Source: Camelus ferus (taxonomy: Eukaryota). From it: a DNA stretch of 64,000 bases. A program made the translations under genes and the position numbers. Position 1 is the stretch's first letter; each line of letters begins with the position of its first letter. This document shows positions 36,111 to 49,127 of this stretch, piece by piece. The stretch covers positions 70,372,001 to 70,436,000 of the forward strand of contig NC_045697.1 in assembly GCF_009834535.1 (NCBI RefSeq), in the 5' to 3' direction. The notes below the pieces were generated by a model, which was not told the DNA's origin, made no database searches, and was given only the letters and a program-made list of their open reading frames with translations.

Positions 36111-37759
36111 TGTTCACTTGATAGGAACTTTATTTACCCAATGCCTAGCTCATCGGGGGTACTCAGCAAAGGCTAGCTGAATAAATGAGTGCATAAGAAC
36201 CACCCATATCTAAGCATTAAGAATTATTATTTAGAAAACTTATTATTTGTTTCATAAAATAGAGATTTTGATCTGAGGAAATACTGTTGGAAAAGAGAAT
36301 ACTCTTTAAATTGAATTGGGAGAAAAGGGGATATTTCAACCACTTATTGTCTGTTGATTCCCACCCATGTTTTATTTGGAAAATATTCCCATACAGAGGC
36401 TATCCCTGTGGTAAAGCATTAACAAATGAAGCCAAATGTCATTGTCTGTCTCATTTTCTCATTCATGTGGACCTTTAGTTGATCACATTAGGGGGCACAG
36501 TCTTTCTCTATGCTCTATATTTTTCCATTTTTCAATGGCTCTCTACTCTGCCTTCCTTATTTAATTAAGGATTGGCTACTTATCAGGCAGCAGAAGAATC
36601 CTTTTCCGCTGCCTTCCATTTTGCAAAGTTTAAGGAGAGAGGCGTCTCATTTGGATTGTTCAGACCCCTCTGACTTTGCTCATTCATATTCATGAGCCCC
36701 CTGGTTGTGCTTTCTCTGTGTGAATTGCTCTGAAGAACAGATCATTCTCCCTCAAACCCTTTGCATTCACACCAAGCTGCTTTTATAACCCGCAGGAGCT
36801 TTAGCAGCAGGTGAAATCTCCATTACTGTTGGTTAGACAGGAATACTAATTGATTTCAAATATTAACCATTATTTCCTCTAAACTTATGCTCTAAATATT
36901 TCACCGACAGCTATCGGAATTTAGGACTTTCTAAAGACAAGAATGCTCCGATCTGAATAGAAGCCTTATAGTAGTGGAGGAGGCAAAGACAACTGTGACA
37001 GTTTAACAAGCCTAAAAATGACCCCAGATCACTACAGGGTTGATGCCAGCATGACTGGGAGAAGAAACTTTCAAAATTTCCTCCCTCACTCTTAGTTTTC
37101 CTCATTCATCTTATGCTTGTAGTTTATGTTTCCTGGATCTTAGCAGTGCTATTTAAGAAGGCGATGAGAATAAAAGCCTTTTGAAATAGGTCTTAGAAAT
37201 CATTTTCTTGTTCACACTTCCTCTGTTTAAATGGAGGTTCAAGGAAGAGATCTGACCAACAGCACACTTCTAGCTAGTGTCAGAGCTAGGCCCAACACCC
37301 AAGGCTCCTAAACCCACCCCTAGCTACAGCATGGCGTGCAATGCTCGTGAAGTCAGGGGGCAGTCTGACCGAAACCACTTGGCAGGCTTAACGGGTGCTT
37401 CACACCAGGCAGCTCTTGACTCACCTTCACCTACTGGGTTTATAAGTGTCCTTGGAACGGGTCTATCTGGGAGGACTCCTGGCTGTGGCTGGGCCTATGT
37501 CTCGGCAGCCTCTCTGGGGAGTCCCTCCTGGCAACCTGAGATGCTTCTCTCCTCTTTGCACTTTTCTCTCTCCCTATCCCCACAATTGCTTGACTCAGAA
37601 CAGAGGAATATCCATTCTCTTGTTAAATAGGCAGCTAGCTGGGCAAGGCTGGGATCCACATTCTGCCTTCTGGCTACAGAGGTGCTGGATTCTTGGTATC
37701 TCCAGTTGGAACTTAGGATATCCTGCCTTGGAAACGTGACATAGAGTGCATAGGTTGGG

Positions 37760-37990
37760 GGAAGTACTGTATAATGGTTAAAATGATGGGTTTCTGCAGT
37801 TGAAAGACCTTTCTTGAGAACTTTTACTAACAATTAGCAGCTTAAGCTTAAGTTTTCCCATCTATTAGAGATACTGCTGTGGCTGCTGCTAATAATAAAC
37901 AATACCTAACTCGTGGAATTGTCGTGAAGATTAAATGAGGTAATAACTCATCTATTACATGTTCAAAACATGTTAGTGATTATTTTTAGC
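37760..37990 (+). mobile_element. MIR SINE
   Basis: 'tgtataatggttaaaatg...agttttcccatctat...tacctaactcgtggaattgtcgtgaagattaaatgaggtaat'. Confidence 0.75.
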
Positions 37991-39384
37991 TTTATGATAC
38001 ACTAGCAACACATCCACGTTCAAACTGGGCTAAAAATGTCTTTTGTGGATTTGCCTAGAAATCAATGTATATTATATAAGGTTGTTTCTATGGGAAAACG
38101 TTCCAATTTCTGAATGAATTTGGAACCTCATCTGTTTGTAAATTAGGGCTGCCCCTTTTCTCTGTCTCTCTTTCCTCCTTAACATCAATTAACTTAACTT
38201 CAGTTGGATATAATGACTGAAATGTCCTGAGTCATTTTTCAGATTTCATACTCTCGTGAATCTGTTTGCAGAAAGGTATTCTGTACTTCTGTACATATAC
38301 AACAGTCAACAGATTATTTGGTTTGGCTCTTTATGTAGATCAAAAGGATGGTGTGACCAGTCTCTTATTCATTTGCCCTGTAGCTATAACCCAAGTGCAC
38401 TCTCTCCATGTGTACGGGTATTAGGCATCTGCTGGCTTGGCCATGTGGGGTGTGGGCTGATGCCTTGAAGGAACCAAGGAAGGGATCCATGATTAGTGTA
38501 CTGAAAACCCAAAATATAACTGAAGGCCCCTGAGCAGTTTTGGAGACTGCTTTTGAGAAGCTAGTTTTGAATGATAGAATGTTTTAATAGTAACATCTTA
38601 AAGAAAGGAAAAAAAGAGGCCCAGTGATGATGATGATGACCATTTCCATCATCTTCTTTCACTGGATATATGATCCCTACTGGTATGTAATTTCGCCCAG
38701 AAAGCATGATTTGCTCCATATGTACTTCAAAATGTATAAAGAGCCATAGGAACAACCAAGCTATTTCTTTTCCTTATACACAGAAAAGTGTTAGAATCCA
38801 CATCTGTATATATGGCAACTGGCTTGGGCGTAGGATGGGAAGCACATTCCTGGAAGAAAAGTCAAAGTGAGCATAACTTGAGAGAACTCTTTTGCTTACC
38901 GTGTTGGAGAGAAAATCAGGGGTGTTTAAATGTAAATTTCATAACAGTTTAGTGTTGGAGGAAGCAATAAAGTTAAGTAGAATCATAAGGAATTATCTGA
39001 ATTCTCTGTTTTTTAAAGGTTTGGTTAATGCTGGAAATTATTTAGAATTCAGGAAACTGTTTAAAAAACAAGATACTTAAAAAAAAAAGTAGGAAGGCAG
39101 AGTATTAAACAGAAATCCAATTGCACTTCCCAGGGCCTGAGAAATAGTTACTCCTAGTAAAAGTGCCAAGAGTACATGATACAGGCAAAGGAGCTGACTG
39201 TGCTCCCTGCCCCACAACCTCCTCCTCTCTCCTCTTCTCCTCACAAGGGGGCCCAGTGCAGCCTGAGAACACAGTAGAGACTTAGAAGATACTGGCATGA
39301 TTGAGGACTGAAAGAGGGCTCAGTGGTGGTTTAAAGGAAAGAAAAATGGACCTGTCAATTTTATTCCACATTTAAGCAGCTCTA

Positions 39385-40140
39385 ATCATTAGGCATTTCC
39401 TCCAGATATTGAAATAAAACCTGCTTATGTGAACCTCTACTCACTGCTTCAGTTCTGCCTTCTGGTGTGAAATAGAATAAATCATATGCTTCCTCTGAAT
39501 GACAACTCTTCAAACATTTACATCCCTGTGTAGATCCCAGGTTCCATCCGTGTGCCTCCATTCCATTCCTACCTGTCCCAAGCCATCTCTAATTTTATTT
39601 ATTTGGTTAAATATCACTGATTTCTTCAACTATTCATCATATGACCTCTTTTATAGATACTTTATTCTCCTGGCTTCTGGAAATATTACAGGTGGTCAAC
39701 AGCCTTTGAAAATGTTGGCTGGGACAAAGTATTTCAGATCCAGGGTGGCCATTTCAAAACACTGAGGGACCATCCTTGTCTTGGACACTGTGCTTCTAAT
39801 TAATGGAAACTAGATTTTTTTAAAGTTTCTGGAGGCTGCATCTCATCATCAACTCAATCTGAACTCTCATTCAGTTAAATGCCTAGGTCTTTTTCATACT
39901 GACTTTGTTAAGACAACCTCCTTCATCCTATTCTTCTGTGGTTAATTGAAAAGTATTATCTTGAAACCTTATTCTGACTCCTATTAAAATTCATTTTATT
40001 TGTTCAGCTTACTGTTCCAGCATGACCTAATCTTTCTGAATCTTAATTTCTGCCATCAAAAGCATATTTTCTTTCCTACAACTGTGGCATATGCTGATAC
40101 AATAAACATGCCTTCTGTGCTTAATAGAAATGTCAATTGA
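39385..40140 (-). mobile_element. L3/CR1 LINE fragment (reverse-transcriptase region)
   Basis: 'cagttctgccttctgg...aatagaataaatc...tgacaactcttcaaacattt...ggttaaatatcactgatttcttcaactattcatcatatgac...cttggacactgtgcttctaattaatg' matches antisense CR1/L3. Confidence 0.75.
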
Positions 40141-40184
40141 AATAATAATGAGGTTGCATTTTACATAATAAATTAGAAAAGAAG

Positions 40185-40748
40185 AAAAAGAATGAGACAG
40201 GTGTTGCGGGGAAGAGCCACTTTCATAAACTATGAGTAGGAGCATAGATTAATGCAAATATCCTGGAAAGCAATTTGACAATAGGTAGCAAAATGTCAAA
40301 GAATGCACATTCTTTTTGAAGTACAATTTCTCTTCCAGGAAAGAATGCAAAAGGATTAATTTGATGAGTGAGAATAGGATATTTATTTCAATGTAATTTA
40401 GACTACCGAAAAATTAAGGAAATCTAAATGTGTCAGTAGTGGATTGAGTTAAATTCTGTGTAAGCCATAAAATGGGATATTAAGCAGCCAGTAAAAATAA
40501 TACTGCATTCTTACATGGTTAAGTGGGAAAAGAACAGACTATATATATGTATTCTTTCCCGTAAAAGATGAATATGTATGTATGTGATGAGTCTGTGTAT
40601 ATGTAGAGAAATATCTGGAAGGCCAGTTCGATAATGATTAGATATTGGTGGTAGAATTGTAGGTGATTTTTACATTATTGTTTATATTTTTCTCTATTGT
40701 GTAAATTTTCTAAAATGAACAAGCATTAGTTTTATAATTAGAAAAAAT
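40185..40748 (+). mobile_element. Ancient L1 3' end (L1ME-like)
   Basis: 'ctggaaagcaatttgacaata...aatttctcttccagg...taggtgatttttac...ttttctaaaatgaacaagcattagttttataattagaaaaaa'. Confidence 0.8.
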
Positions 40749-40957
40749 TCAACTTTGGATTTTGGGGGCAAAAGTTTGAATGAATCACAGTTATCTTTAT
40801 GGCATAAGTTCCCCTCTAGGTTGACACAAATGCTGTAACAAATTGTCAGATCTGCATCAGAGTTACGACTTGCCATAACTGTATTATTCATAGCCAAAGC
40901 CTCTCTATGTTCTGTTAAGTGGGGCCAATACCCCTTCCTCTTTATTTTTTCACCCTA

Positions 40958-41584
40958 TTGAAGGTATCTGAGGTTGGGCTCCCTCTCAGATCTCTGAAAT
41001 GAAGACTGGCCTGCCAAGGTTGGTTGAGGGGTACTCTCCCAGCTACACTTGCATGGAGTGAAGGAAGCAGGGCTGAGAAGGGGCAGAGGTTGAACTGCAA
41101 TGCAGCTACCACAGAGGCCTCCATCATTCCTCTGAGGATATTGGAAATTGAGGTAACCATTCAGATATGTCCCTATTGAGGCAAGGGTCCAGGCTGTGTA
41201 CTCTGGTCTTTTCTTTTAAAATTTATTTTTATTTTTTATATGGTTTTTGGAGGTTACTTTCCATTTACAGTTATTACAAAATATTAGCTATATTCCCTGA
41301 GTTGTACAATACATCCTAGAGCCTACCTTACACCCAACAATTTGTGTTACCCCCCTCAACCCCCGACTGGTAACCATTGGTTTGTTCTCTGTATCTGTGA
41401 TGTACTCTGATCTTGACCAGTCATTGGATGTTCCATCAGGGAACGTAAACTTGTGTGAGACAGGTCCCTTTGAGGGCTATTCTCAAGGAAGGATTCGTCT
41501 GTGAGTCACCAGCAAACAACCTCGGCAGCTGAAGGGTGGTGAGCACCTTTACCCTGCAGGAGAGAATCTGGGTGATGCACCACA
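40958..41584 (-). mobile_element. ERVL LTR (LTR16-like) interrupted by an L1 fragment
   Basis: 'gagtgaaggaagcagggctg...gaggttgaactgcaatgcag..cacagaggcctc' and 'gaccagtcattggatg...gggtgatgcaccaca'. Confidence 0.75.
41211..41400 (-). mobile_element. Short 5'-truncated L1 3'UTR (about 190 bp)
   Basis: T-rich tail, 'ccatttacagttattacaaaatattagctatattccc...ctggtaaccattggtttgttctctgtatctgtga'. 14-bp TSD tgtactctg(g/a)tctt at 41197-41210 and 41401-41414. Confidence 0.9.
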
Positions 41585-41767
41585 GGATCTACTACAGAGG
41601 GCGCTAGTGCTCTCCTGCCCTTTGTCCTAATTATCTTATGGATTTTTTTTAAAATGGAAATAATTCCATGTTTCCCCCTCACAATCCTTTCCTCTTCCAT
41701 CCCTCCACTTACAGATTCCTACGGTTAAAACACCTTGATTCAAATACGATTCTATGAAGAGCTGGAC

Positions 41768-41890
41768 TGATTCATTCATTCAATATTTATATTTAATGAG
41801 CAATTTCTATTGTGTCAGCATTGTTCTGTGTGCTGAAAACACTACGGGGAACAAAAAACTCTTTCTCATAGGTCTTACATTCTAAGTGGC
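41768..41890 (-). mobile_element. L2 3' end
   Basis: 'ttcattcattcaatattt...tgtgtcagcattgttctgtgtgctg...ggtcttacattctaag'. Confidence 0.8.
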
Positions 41891-43736
41891 TGACTCTTGA
41901 CCATACTTAAATTTTTATGTCTTCTATCATCACTGAGGCTTTGTCACTGGGCCAGGTTGATCAACTCTACTTGTATGGTGAGTCGGCTCCCTTTAAGGAG
42001 TGATTTAGTCACATGTAGATGTAGATTTCTGACTGCTTTCCTTAAGAACTAGTCTTTCAAATGTGCCCAAGAATGTCTGAATCCTAGCTGTGGGTTCATT
42101 TTGGTAAAAATAAACAAGTAAATAATAAGTAAATACACTAAAAGTAACTGCTTGTTATTGGGCAGGCGAAACAGCCAATTGTCGGATGACTACTCCCTTC
42201 TTCAGCACTTTCTATGGACATTTAGATACAACAGAAAACGCTCTGTCTCAGATTACCTCCGGTGTTGCTTTTCCTGAATAAACATGGACATTAAAATGGC
42301 TTTCTTGACTTCTATCTGCTTGGCATCTCTCTTAGATAAGTGTGATTTGCTCTCAGGTCTCAGTTTTAAAATGAAACTGAGCAAGTGACTTTGTGCTAAG
42401 ATCAGTCTTGACAAGTGGGGGAAGATTGAGAAAATTGGGAAGATGATTTCTTGCAGTGGTACAATTCCCACATTTTGCAAAGTAAGGCCACACTATTTGA
42501 GAGGTGATGAAGAAATAACTTCCCTGGCTATTAAAAAAAAAATCTAGTGGGGGAGAAATGAAACTGAGTGGACTGAATAGGAATGCCACATTTTTTTCTA
42601 GATTTTTTTCGTCAAGACTTAGTGAATAGTTAACCATAGAAACTAAATTACATTTTTAAGCTTATAATTATTTCTTTGTGGGGTTTTGTTTTCTTTTTTT
42701 GGTTGTTGTTAAATAAAAGTTTGGTGACTGAATTCAAAAATTTTAAAACTAACACTGCAATGTTTACTCTTTCACATGAAGGTGGGGAAGGATAATTGGT
42801 GTAACTAATAAACATAGTTTTGTTGACCATTATCCCTACATTCAGGGTTAGAATCTCATTAAGCTCCTGTGAATATTGTGAAACTGACTGAGATACTTAG
42901 CAAAATGTTCATGCATTCATAGCAATTTTCTCCTTAAAAATAAAGCAAAAGTTAATTATGCAGATTTATATTCTGACACATTCTTGTTGATTCAGATTAA
43001 AGGCTCTACATGAAACAAAGTACAGCCACAAATCAGGTAGTGTTTCTTCCTTTCAGTGGAAAATTGTATTTCTACACTGGTGAAAAACCTAAGGCTGGGA
43101 ACGGTGCCATGAAATATTAAAATAATCAACAATAAAAAATACCCAGCCAATTACACAAATTTATCAGGCTAAATCGCCTAACTAATCCTCACTCTGAAGT
43201 GAGAGTTCAAGTTAAATTCACTGACCAACATTGTACAAAATAAGTAATTTTCCATGCAAGAAACGTTTGTTATAAAACTAATAATGGGGTCATTGTTAAT
43301 TAAGTTGATTTGTACTGCTCAGTTTTTAGCTTATCAGCACTTTCTTCAGATACTAATAAGAAGTACCCCAAGAAAAAACAGAGACTTAAATTTTTAGGCA
43401 CCCTCCTCCTCCTCCCCATCATCGTTATCATCAACAATCCTACCAAAGTGTTGCATAATTCTTCAGTGAAAGTGACATTTTTGACAACTTCCCACTAAAA
43501 ATAAGTGCTCTGCTGCTGTATGTTACATTAATCAGTTCCAAATCACTTAGAATAAAAGTAGATTTGTATTTATTAAGCATCTTATTTTTACATTTATTAT
43601 ATTATTTCAAGAGTTTATGACTAAGATATTAAAAGGAAGAGAAGTGTTCTCATTGGTGTGGATGAAAAATATTGAAAAATAGGGGAAAAGGCCTCTTCAA
43701 ACTTTTACTTAAGAGCTAGTTCATTGAAGTTCTTGG

Positions 43737-44232
43737 ATATTGGTTAGGGGTCTCTAGAGAAACAGAACAGTGGGATATCTACCTCTATCTGTCTATGTGT
43801 GTATGTACGCACATATCTAGGTATCTATCTTTCAATCACATATCTATCTAACCAGTAGGATTGACTATCTGCCTGCCTGCCTGCCTGCCTGCCTATCTAT
43901 CTATCTATCTGTCTACCTACCTACCTACCTATCTATACAACTCTAAAATCTGCAAAGCTGATGTCACAGTTTCAGTCTTAGGCTGGCAGGCTATCGTAGA
44001 ACCAGGAAGAACTAACACCCCAGTCAAAGGCCATCAAGTAGGAGACTTTTCACTGACTTGGGGTAGGGTCAGGCATTCAACTGATTGGATGAAACCTACT
44101 TGCATTAGAAAGAACAACCTGCTTTACTCAGTCCACTGATGTTAATGTTAATCTCATCCAAAATTCACCCTTACAGAAACATCCAGAGTAACATTAGACC
44201 AAATATCTGGGCACAGTGTGGTCCAGTCAAGG
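43737..44232 (-). mobile_element. ERVL LTR (MLT2-like) with its internal microsatellite
   Basis: 'ttaggggtctctagagaaacagaac...ttcaactgattggatgaaacc...ctgctttactcagtccactgat...aatgttaatctcatcc...gaccaaatatctgggcac'. Confidence 0.9.
43865..43936. repeat. Compound tetranucleotide microsatellite (CTGC)n(CTAT)n(CTAC)n
   Basis: Read directly from the sequence. Confidence 0.95.
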
Positions 44233-44234
44233 CT

Positions 44235-44750
44235 TTAGTCCCAGGGGTGAGGCAGGAGAGAAGGATCCAAATTGGCTTTTGTGCCCTTCCTGTAGCCCCT
44301 TCTTCTTCCTCTCCCCGGTATGCATCCGAGGGAGGCCTTCGTGGATCTCTCTCTCTGCCCCCATCTTTCTTGTGAGCACCCAGTTAAGTCTGTGAGAAGA
44401 GCTAGTAACTTCCCAGGTGTCTGCAGCTCCCAGGGTTGTACTATTCTCATCCTAGCTTACACTCAGCCTGAAACAGTTAAGTGAAAACTTCAGCTGCATT
44501 CTTCTTCCTGTCCTTTGCGGTGGTCCTTTCTTCCTCTCGTGCTCTGCCACAGTGATGTGTGCTGGCTTCCCATCCATCCTTGGAGGCAATGTCTTACTTT
44601 AGATTTCAGGTTATTTGGTTCTCATGAGACTTTAGTTATTTGGTAAATTCAAGAAAAGTTGTGGTTTTGCAGATTATCTGGTAAATTTTTTGATATAAAG
44701 TTGGGAGTAATGTTTTCCCTACCTTTCTACATCCTAAGTGGAAGCTACAA
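44235..44750 (-). mobile_element. Ancient L1 5'-region fragment (tentative)
   Basis: 'ttcaagaaaagttgtggttttgcagattatctgg...ctttctacatcctaagtggaagc' resembles antisense old L1M 5' ends. Confidence 0.5.
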
Positions 44751-44864
44751 ATCTAGTAATTTGTTCTTTAAGGTAAGTATCAGCTGTTTTTCAGCTATAA
44801 TTAAGGTGGCAAAGAGGCACTAATCACCTTGAGAGGTGAATGGAAACTATTAAAAATTGGTAAT

Positions 44865-45222
44865 CGCCTTATCCATCTGGGCTTCTGTAAAAAAATGCCA
44901 CAGACTGGATGACTTGTAAACAACATTTACTTCTCACAGTCTGGAGACTGGAAATTCAAGATGAGGGTGCTAGCATAGTAGGGTTCTTGTGAGAGCCCTC
45001 TTCTGGGCTGCTGACGGCCAGCTTCTCACAGGGTCCTCACAGGGAGGAAGGAGCTGGGGAGCTCGGTGGGGTCTCCTTCATACAAGCGCTGCTCCCAATC
45101 ATGAAGGCTCCACTCTTGGGACCTAATTACCACCTAAAGGCCCCACCTCTTAATACCATCACATTGAGGATGAGGGTTTCAATAGATGAATTTTGAGGGG
45201 ACAGAGACATTCAGACCACAGT
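44865..45222 (-). mobile_element. MaLR solo LTR (MLT1A-like)
   Basis: 'aaatgccacagactggatgacttgtaaacaac...ctggagactggaaattcaagatgaggg...aaggccccacctcttaataccatcacattg...cattcagaccacag'. Confidence 0.9.
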
Positions 45223-46876
45223 AGTAATCTTCTAAGATCAAAAAATAGCCTAACCTTTGTATTGGCAGTTTGATAAGAAACTCATGCTGGAAGTAATCTC
45301 ATATAAATGAGAACAAATTTAAATATTCAATTATTTATCACTCGTCAGTAGTAAAGTAGCAGGGAAAACTAGGATGATCTAGCTAGGGTATAGATGGAGG
45401 CTGGATGCCTTTTCTTCTAGAGAAAAATATAAGAGAAATTGAAGATCAGGTAACAAGAGAAATCGTCACTTTTTTTTTATCCCTTTGGCTCTTCTGATAA
45501 ATCTTTAGTATAAGTTATTCTGGGCTCATATTGGACTTGTGTTGCTCCATCAGCTATTTCTCAAAACAGTTCTGGCTTCCTTTAGTGGGAAATGATAGTT
45601 GGAGAACACCTGGGTACAAGGTGCGCTCTTTGCTATTGGGTTGGTCATTATTTCTCGACCTTCAGTGGACAAAGCTAAGAAGTACACAACACAGACACAC
45701 ATGTGCGCACATAAACACATCTATACTAATGTAAAAAACTGTATAAATTCAAAAATGTCAGGGCTATAGGGCTTTTTATTTAACCTCTTCTGTTTTACAT
45801 CTGTATGTCCTTTCTTCCAACATCAAAATCCCTAGTTCTGAAGGACACAGGGAATAACAGAATGTGAGCACCCATAATTAATCATTTACTTTATTTCATA
45901 TAGCAGTCTCAGAATAACAATAGTAATATTATCACAGCAATGTAATTACTAAGTATAGTTATTCTGATTATGTTTTTTCCACATCCCCCCATTTTAAGAG
46001 TTGTACTATTTCTGCATTTTCTGATCATATGGCCATTACATCCAATATTCTCTCCTTGTTTACTTTTATTTTCATCTTAGTTCTACAAACAGTTATGTTT
46101 AACCTTATCCACTGGTTCTTATGTTGATATCTCTATAGTTATTTTAGTTTTTTGAAGCCTCTTTTCTAGTAGATTCCTCAGGAAAGACCCATGAGAACAA
46201 TACCTCTGAGTTCTTGAATGTTGATAACTTCTCTGTATCTTTTTTTGAAAATCCATTTTCTCTGGATATAAAATTTGTACCTCACATTTTCCTTTCTTGA
46301 TAATCTAAAATGTTATTCCATTTTTTTCTGACATAAAATGTTGTTTTTGAAAAAAATCTATTTTTCTTTTGCTTGTAAGCCTCCCATTCTTTTCATCTAG
46401 ATGCTCAAAGGCTTATTTTTTAATTATTAATGTCCTGTAACTTTACTAAAATATGTCTTGAGGTTGGTTCTTTTGGTTTAATATTCTCAAGTACATGGTA
46501 TGTACTTTCAAAATGTAGTCTAAACTCTTATTTACTCTATTTCTGGGATGTGTTCTTGAATTATAATTTTTTCTATTTGTCTTGTCCCCTCCTTTTAGGG
46601 ACTCCTATTATTGCTATGTGATTTTTTTCCTCTATCTTCATGTTTGCTATTTTCTCTTGAATCCTCCTTTTTCTTCCGTCATGTCTTTTGATTTAAAGTT
46701 TTCCTACTTTCACCTTCTATTCTTAAGGCATTCGTTACTGTGAACATTCGTTTGTAATCCTTATTTAGTTTTTATTTCTGAAATAATTTTTCTTTTCTTT
46801 TAAAATCCCCAACCCCCCAAGTTCTATCTGAGCTTTCTAATTCTGATTTATGTTGGTCTTTTGTACCTAGAATCAT

Positions 46877-47385
46877 TGCTATAAGCTGCTAGTGGTCTGC
46901 TAGTCCTAAGAGAACACCCGTTGTTTGGTCTGGATGTCTTCATTCAGTCACCTTTTCTGGGATGAGAATATGAGAATTCCTTTTCTTCTGGGAATTGGCT
47001 CTACAACTTGCCCATCACATCTGCTTGGGAGCTGGCATACGTACGTCTGATGACAGTTACTGGTGCCATGCTGGGCACTTGACTCAAACTGAGTTCCTCG
47101 CCATGGCTTTTGATGTTGGCCCTGAGCTCATTCTCTTTTTTGTGAAAGAAAGGTATTATGCACTTGGTGAGAAGAAAAGCCCCAGACACTGAGATACAGA
47201 CACGTGGGTGGAGGAGTCCTGACTGAATTCAAGGCTGCAGTTATTCCCAAGGCCCAGTTGTTTCCATGGTCTCTCCCAGCTTCATTGTTCTGCTCAATAC
47301 CTGAGCATCCTTTCATAAACTCTCCCTATCTACATAAGCATATTGGAGTAGGGATCTGTTAACAGGAAGAATGTATCTTACAGTG
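46877..47385 (+). mobile_element. ERVL-class LTR (LTR33/LTR16-like)
   Basis: 'gggcacttgactcaaactgag...gctgcagttattcccaaggccc...cataaactctccctatctacataagc..ttggagtagggatctgtt'. Confidence 0.6.
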
Positions 47386-47614
47386 TATTTACATTACTTT
47401 TTACACAAGCAATAATCAAGCCTGGAACATGATAAACTCTTTCAAGCTCTGTGAGAACCATATTTCTCTTCATTTCTACAACATTTTTCATAGCATCTTA
47501 ATATTTCTTTTTAGAGTATCCTCATTTAAGTTTCATTCAGAATATTCTTATTTATGCTTCACAGACAACTTTAAATCTTGGACTGGATATACTTTCTCTT
47601 CTCTATATTTTTTT

Positions 47615-47777
47615 AAAGGTATTTTATTTATTTTGTTTCTGGGTTTTTTTGTTATTGTTTTTTGGTGGGGGGAAGTAATTAGGTTTGTTTGTTTGTTTTA
47701 ATGGAGGTCCTGGGGATTGAGCCCAGGGCCCTGTGCATGCTAAGCATATACTCTACCACTGAGCTATACCCTCCCCA
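47615..47777 (-). mobile_element. tRNA-derived SINE (Vic-1-like), complete with tail
   Basis: Reverse complement ggggagggtatagctcagtggtagag...gggctcaatccccaggacc...aacctaattacttcccccc plus A-rich tail. TSD ctc(t/c)atattttttt at 47601-47614 and 47778-47791. Confidence 0.92.
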
Positions 47778-49127
47778 CTCCATATTTTTTTTCCTATTGT
47801 TTTGTCTCTTTGTGTTTTCCTTCTATGTTCTACATAGGCTTTTCAATTGCATTCCATACGATTTTCTTAACTTTCTAAAGTGTCCGTTCTGCTCTTTATT
47901 GTACCCAAAGTAGATTTTCATTTTGCTACTGCATTCTTTTCTTATTTCAGCCAATATCCTTTGTAACTCTGCCTTTATTTCAGCCTTTTTGTTTGTAGGA
48001 ATGCAGGCTCTGGTTTTATAGAGTCTCTGAGATTTTTGTGGAAACACTGAGTCTGAAATTCTTATGTAATATTGAAGAAAAGAATTTTCAGAGCCATGAC
48101 CTCCCTTAGTCTTTAGGGAAATCTTTCCCTCCTTTCCAAATGTTTTCTTTCTCATGTTTTAGTAGGCTCCATTATTTATTTCCTGGATGTGCTGACTAGC
48201 TTGGGGAAGAGCTATCCAGGATAGCATTTTTCAGCAAAGTTCAGTTGCCTTAGTCTCCTTTGCTGTTCACTTGGGCTCAGGCAACTTTCCTCTTCTCAAT
48301 CTAAAGCTGAAGGTCAGAATGTAGCGTTTTACTTTATTCTGTTTGTAATGCCTGGCTGATGTTCATCTCACGTGCCTGTGCTGGTACTGAAGTGAACCTT
48401 GGGCTCTGGCTGTGCTGGGAAACGAGATGGAAGTTCTTTGAACAGTGTCCTATATGAAGCAGCACACCCATCTCAGCCCTCCCAGCTCTGTTGTGTCTCT
48501 TTTAATTTTTGTGCTTTTTTTTTTCAAATACAAAACATCCTTGGATGTTATCTTAATGTTTCTCTCTACTTCTTACTAATGGAATGGAAAAATAAAAAGA
48601 GAAAAGAGCTGATGGAAGTGATGTAAAAGGACAGGATGGGACTCTGGTTACTTCTGAAAATAATTATTTGCTTGTTTTTCTGCAGAATTTAGCCACTATA
48701 CTCTGGGGTTAGGTATACAAAGGGGAAATGAGCCAGAGTTTTCCTTTTATTTCTTTGCTGAGCACCTTTTGCTTTTGGGTCAGATGATTATGATACAGAG
48801 TCCAATAATTTGCTTTCAATCTATCCTCACTGACAACACATTTAGGGGAAATTGCCTGGAAAATTTGGTATGTCATTTTTTTTTTCTTTTGCTACTGTCA
48901 GTTTTTGTCTCCTTTTATCTTCATGAATGTTTTAATGGGAAACAGCAGACCAGACGCATCTAATCTGTATTCATGTTCCCTATTAAATCTCATTCGATTT
49001 GGGGGAATTATACTAGTGTTTATGAAGACAAAAACTCTATTAGTAAATTTAACAGAAGCATGTTTATATTTTTATTGCAAAAGACAATGAAACAGAGATA
49101 GTCTCTGTTTCTGGGACACAGAATCTC

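Larger units (their letters stand above)
45460..48520 (-). mobile_element. Old L1/HAL1-like fragments (3'UTR-like and ORF1-like segments) with a nested LTR and SINE
   Basis: 'ttcctttagtgggaaatgatag' (L1MC-type 3'UTR); 'ttcctcaggaaagacccatgagaacaatacctctgagttcttg...ctggatataaaatt' (antisense ORF1/HAL1-like); minus-strand peptide KKAEIKAELQRILAEIRKE resembles an ORF1 coiled coil. Confidence 0.6.

Noticed and set aside
38591..38681. Exon or poly-His/poly-Asp coding segment around the (GAT)n run
   Set aside because: Short trinucleotide repeat, weak acceptor and no recognisable peptide.
42257..42376. Minus-strand exon with an open frame (KLRPESKSHLSKRDAKQIEV...) ending gag|gtaatc
   Set aside because: Weak acceptor, unrecognised peptide and no partner exons; compatible with chance.
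42360..42381. Hairpin ctcagttt-N-aaactgag (also gactgtt/aacagtc near 30872)
   Set aside because: Stems of 7-8 bp are expected by chance in 64 kb and are far too short for a pre-miRNA.
47823..48155. 110-aa minus-strand ORF with coiled-coil flavour
   Set aside because: Lies in decayed L1/HAL1 ORF1-like sequence and is not a host gene.
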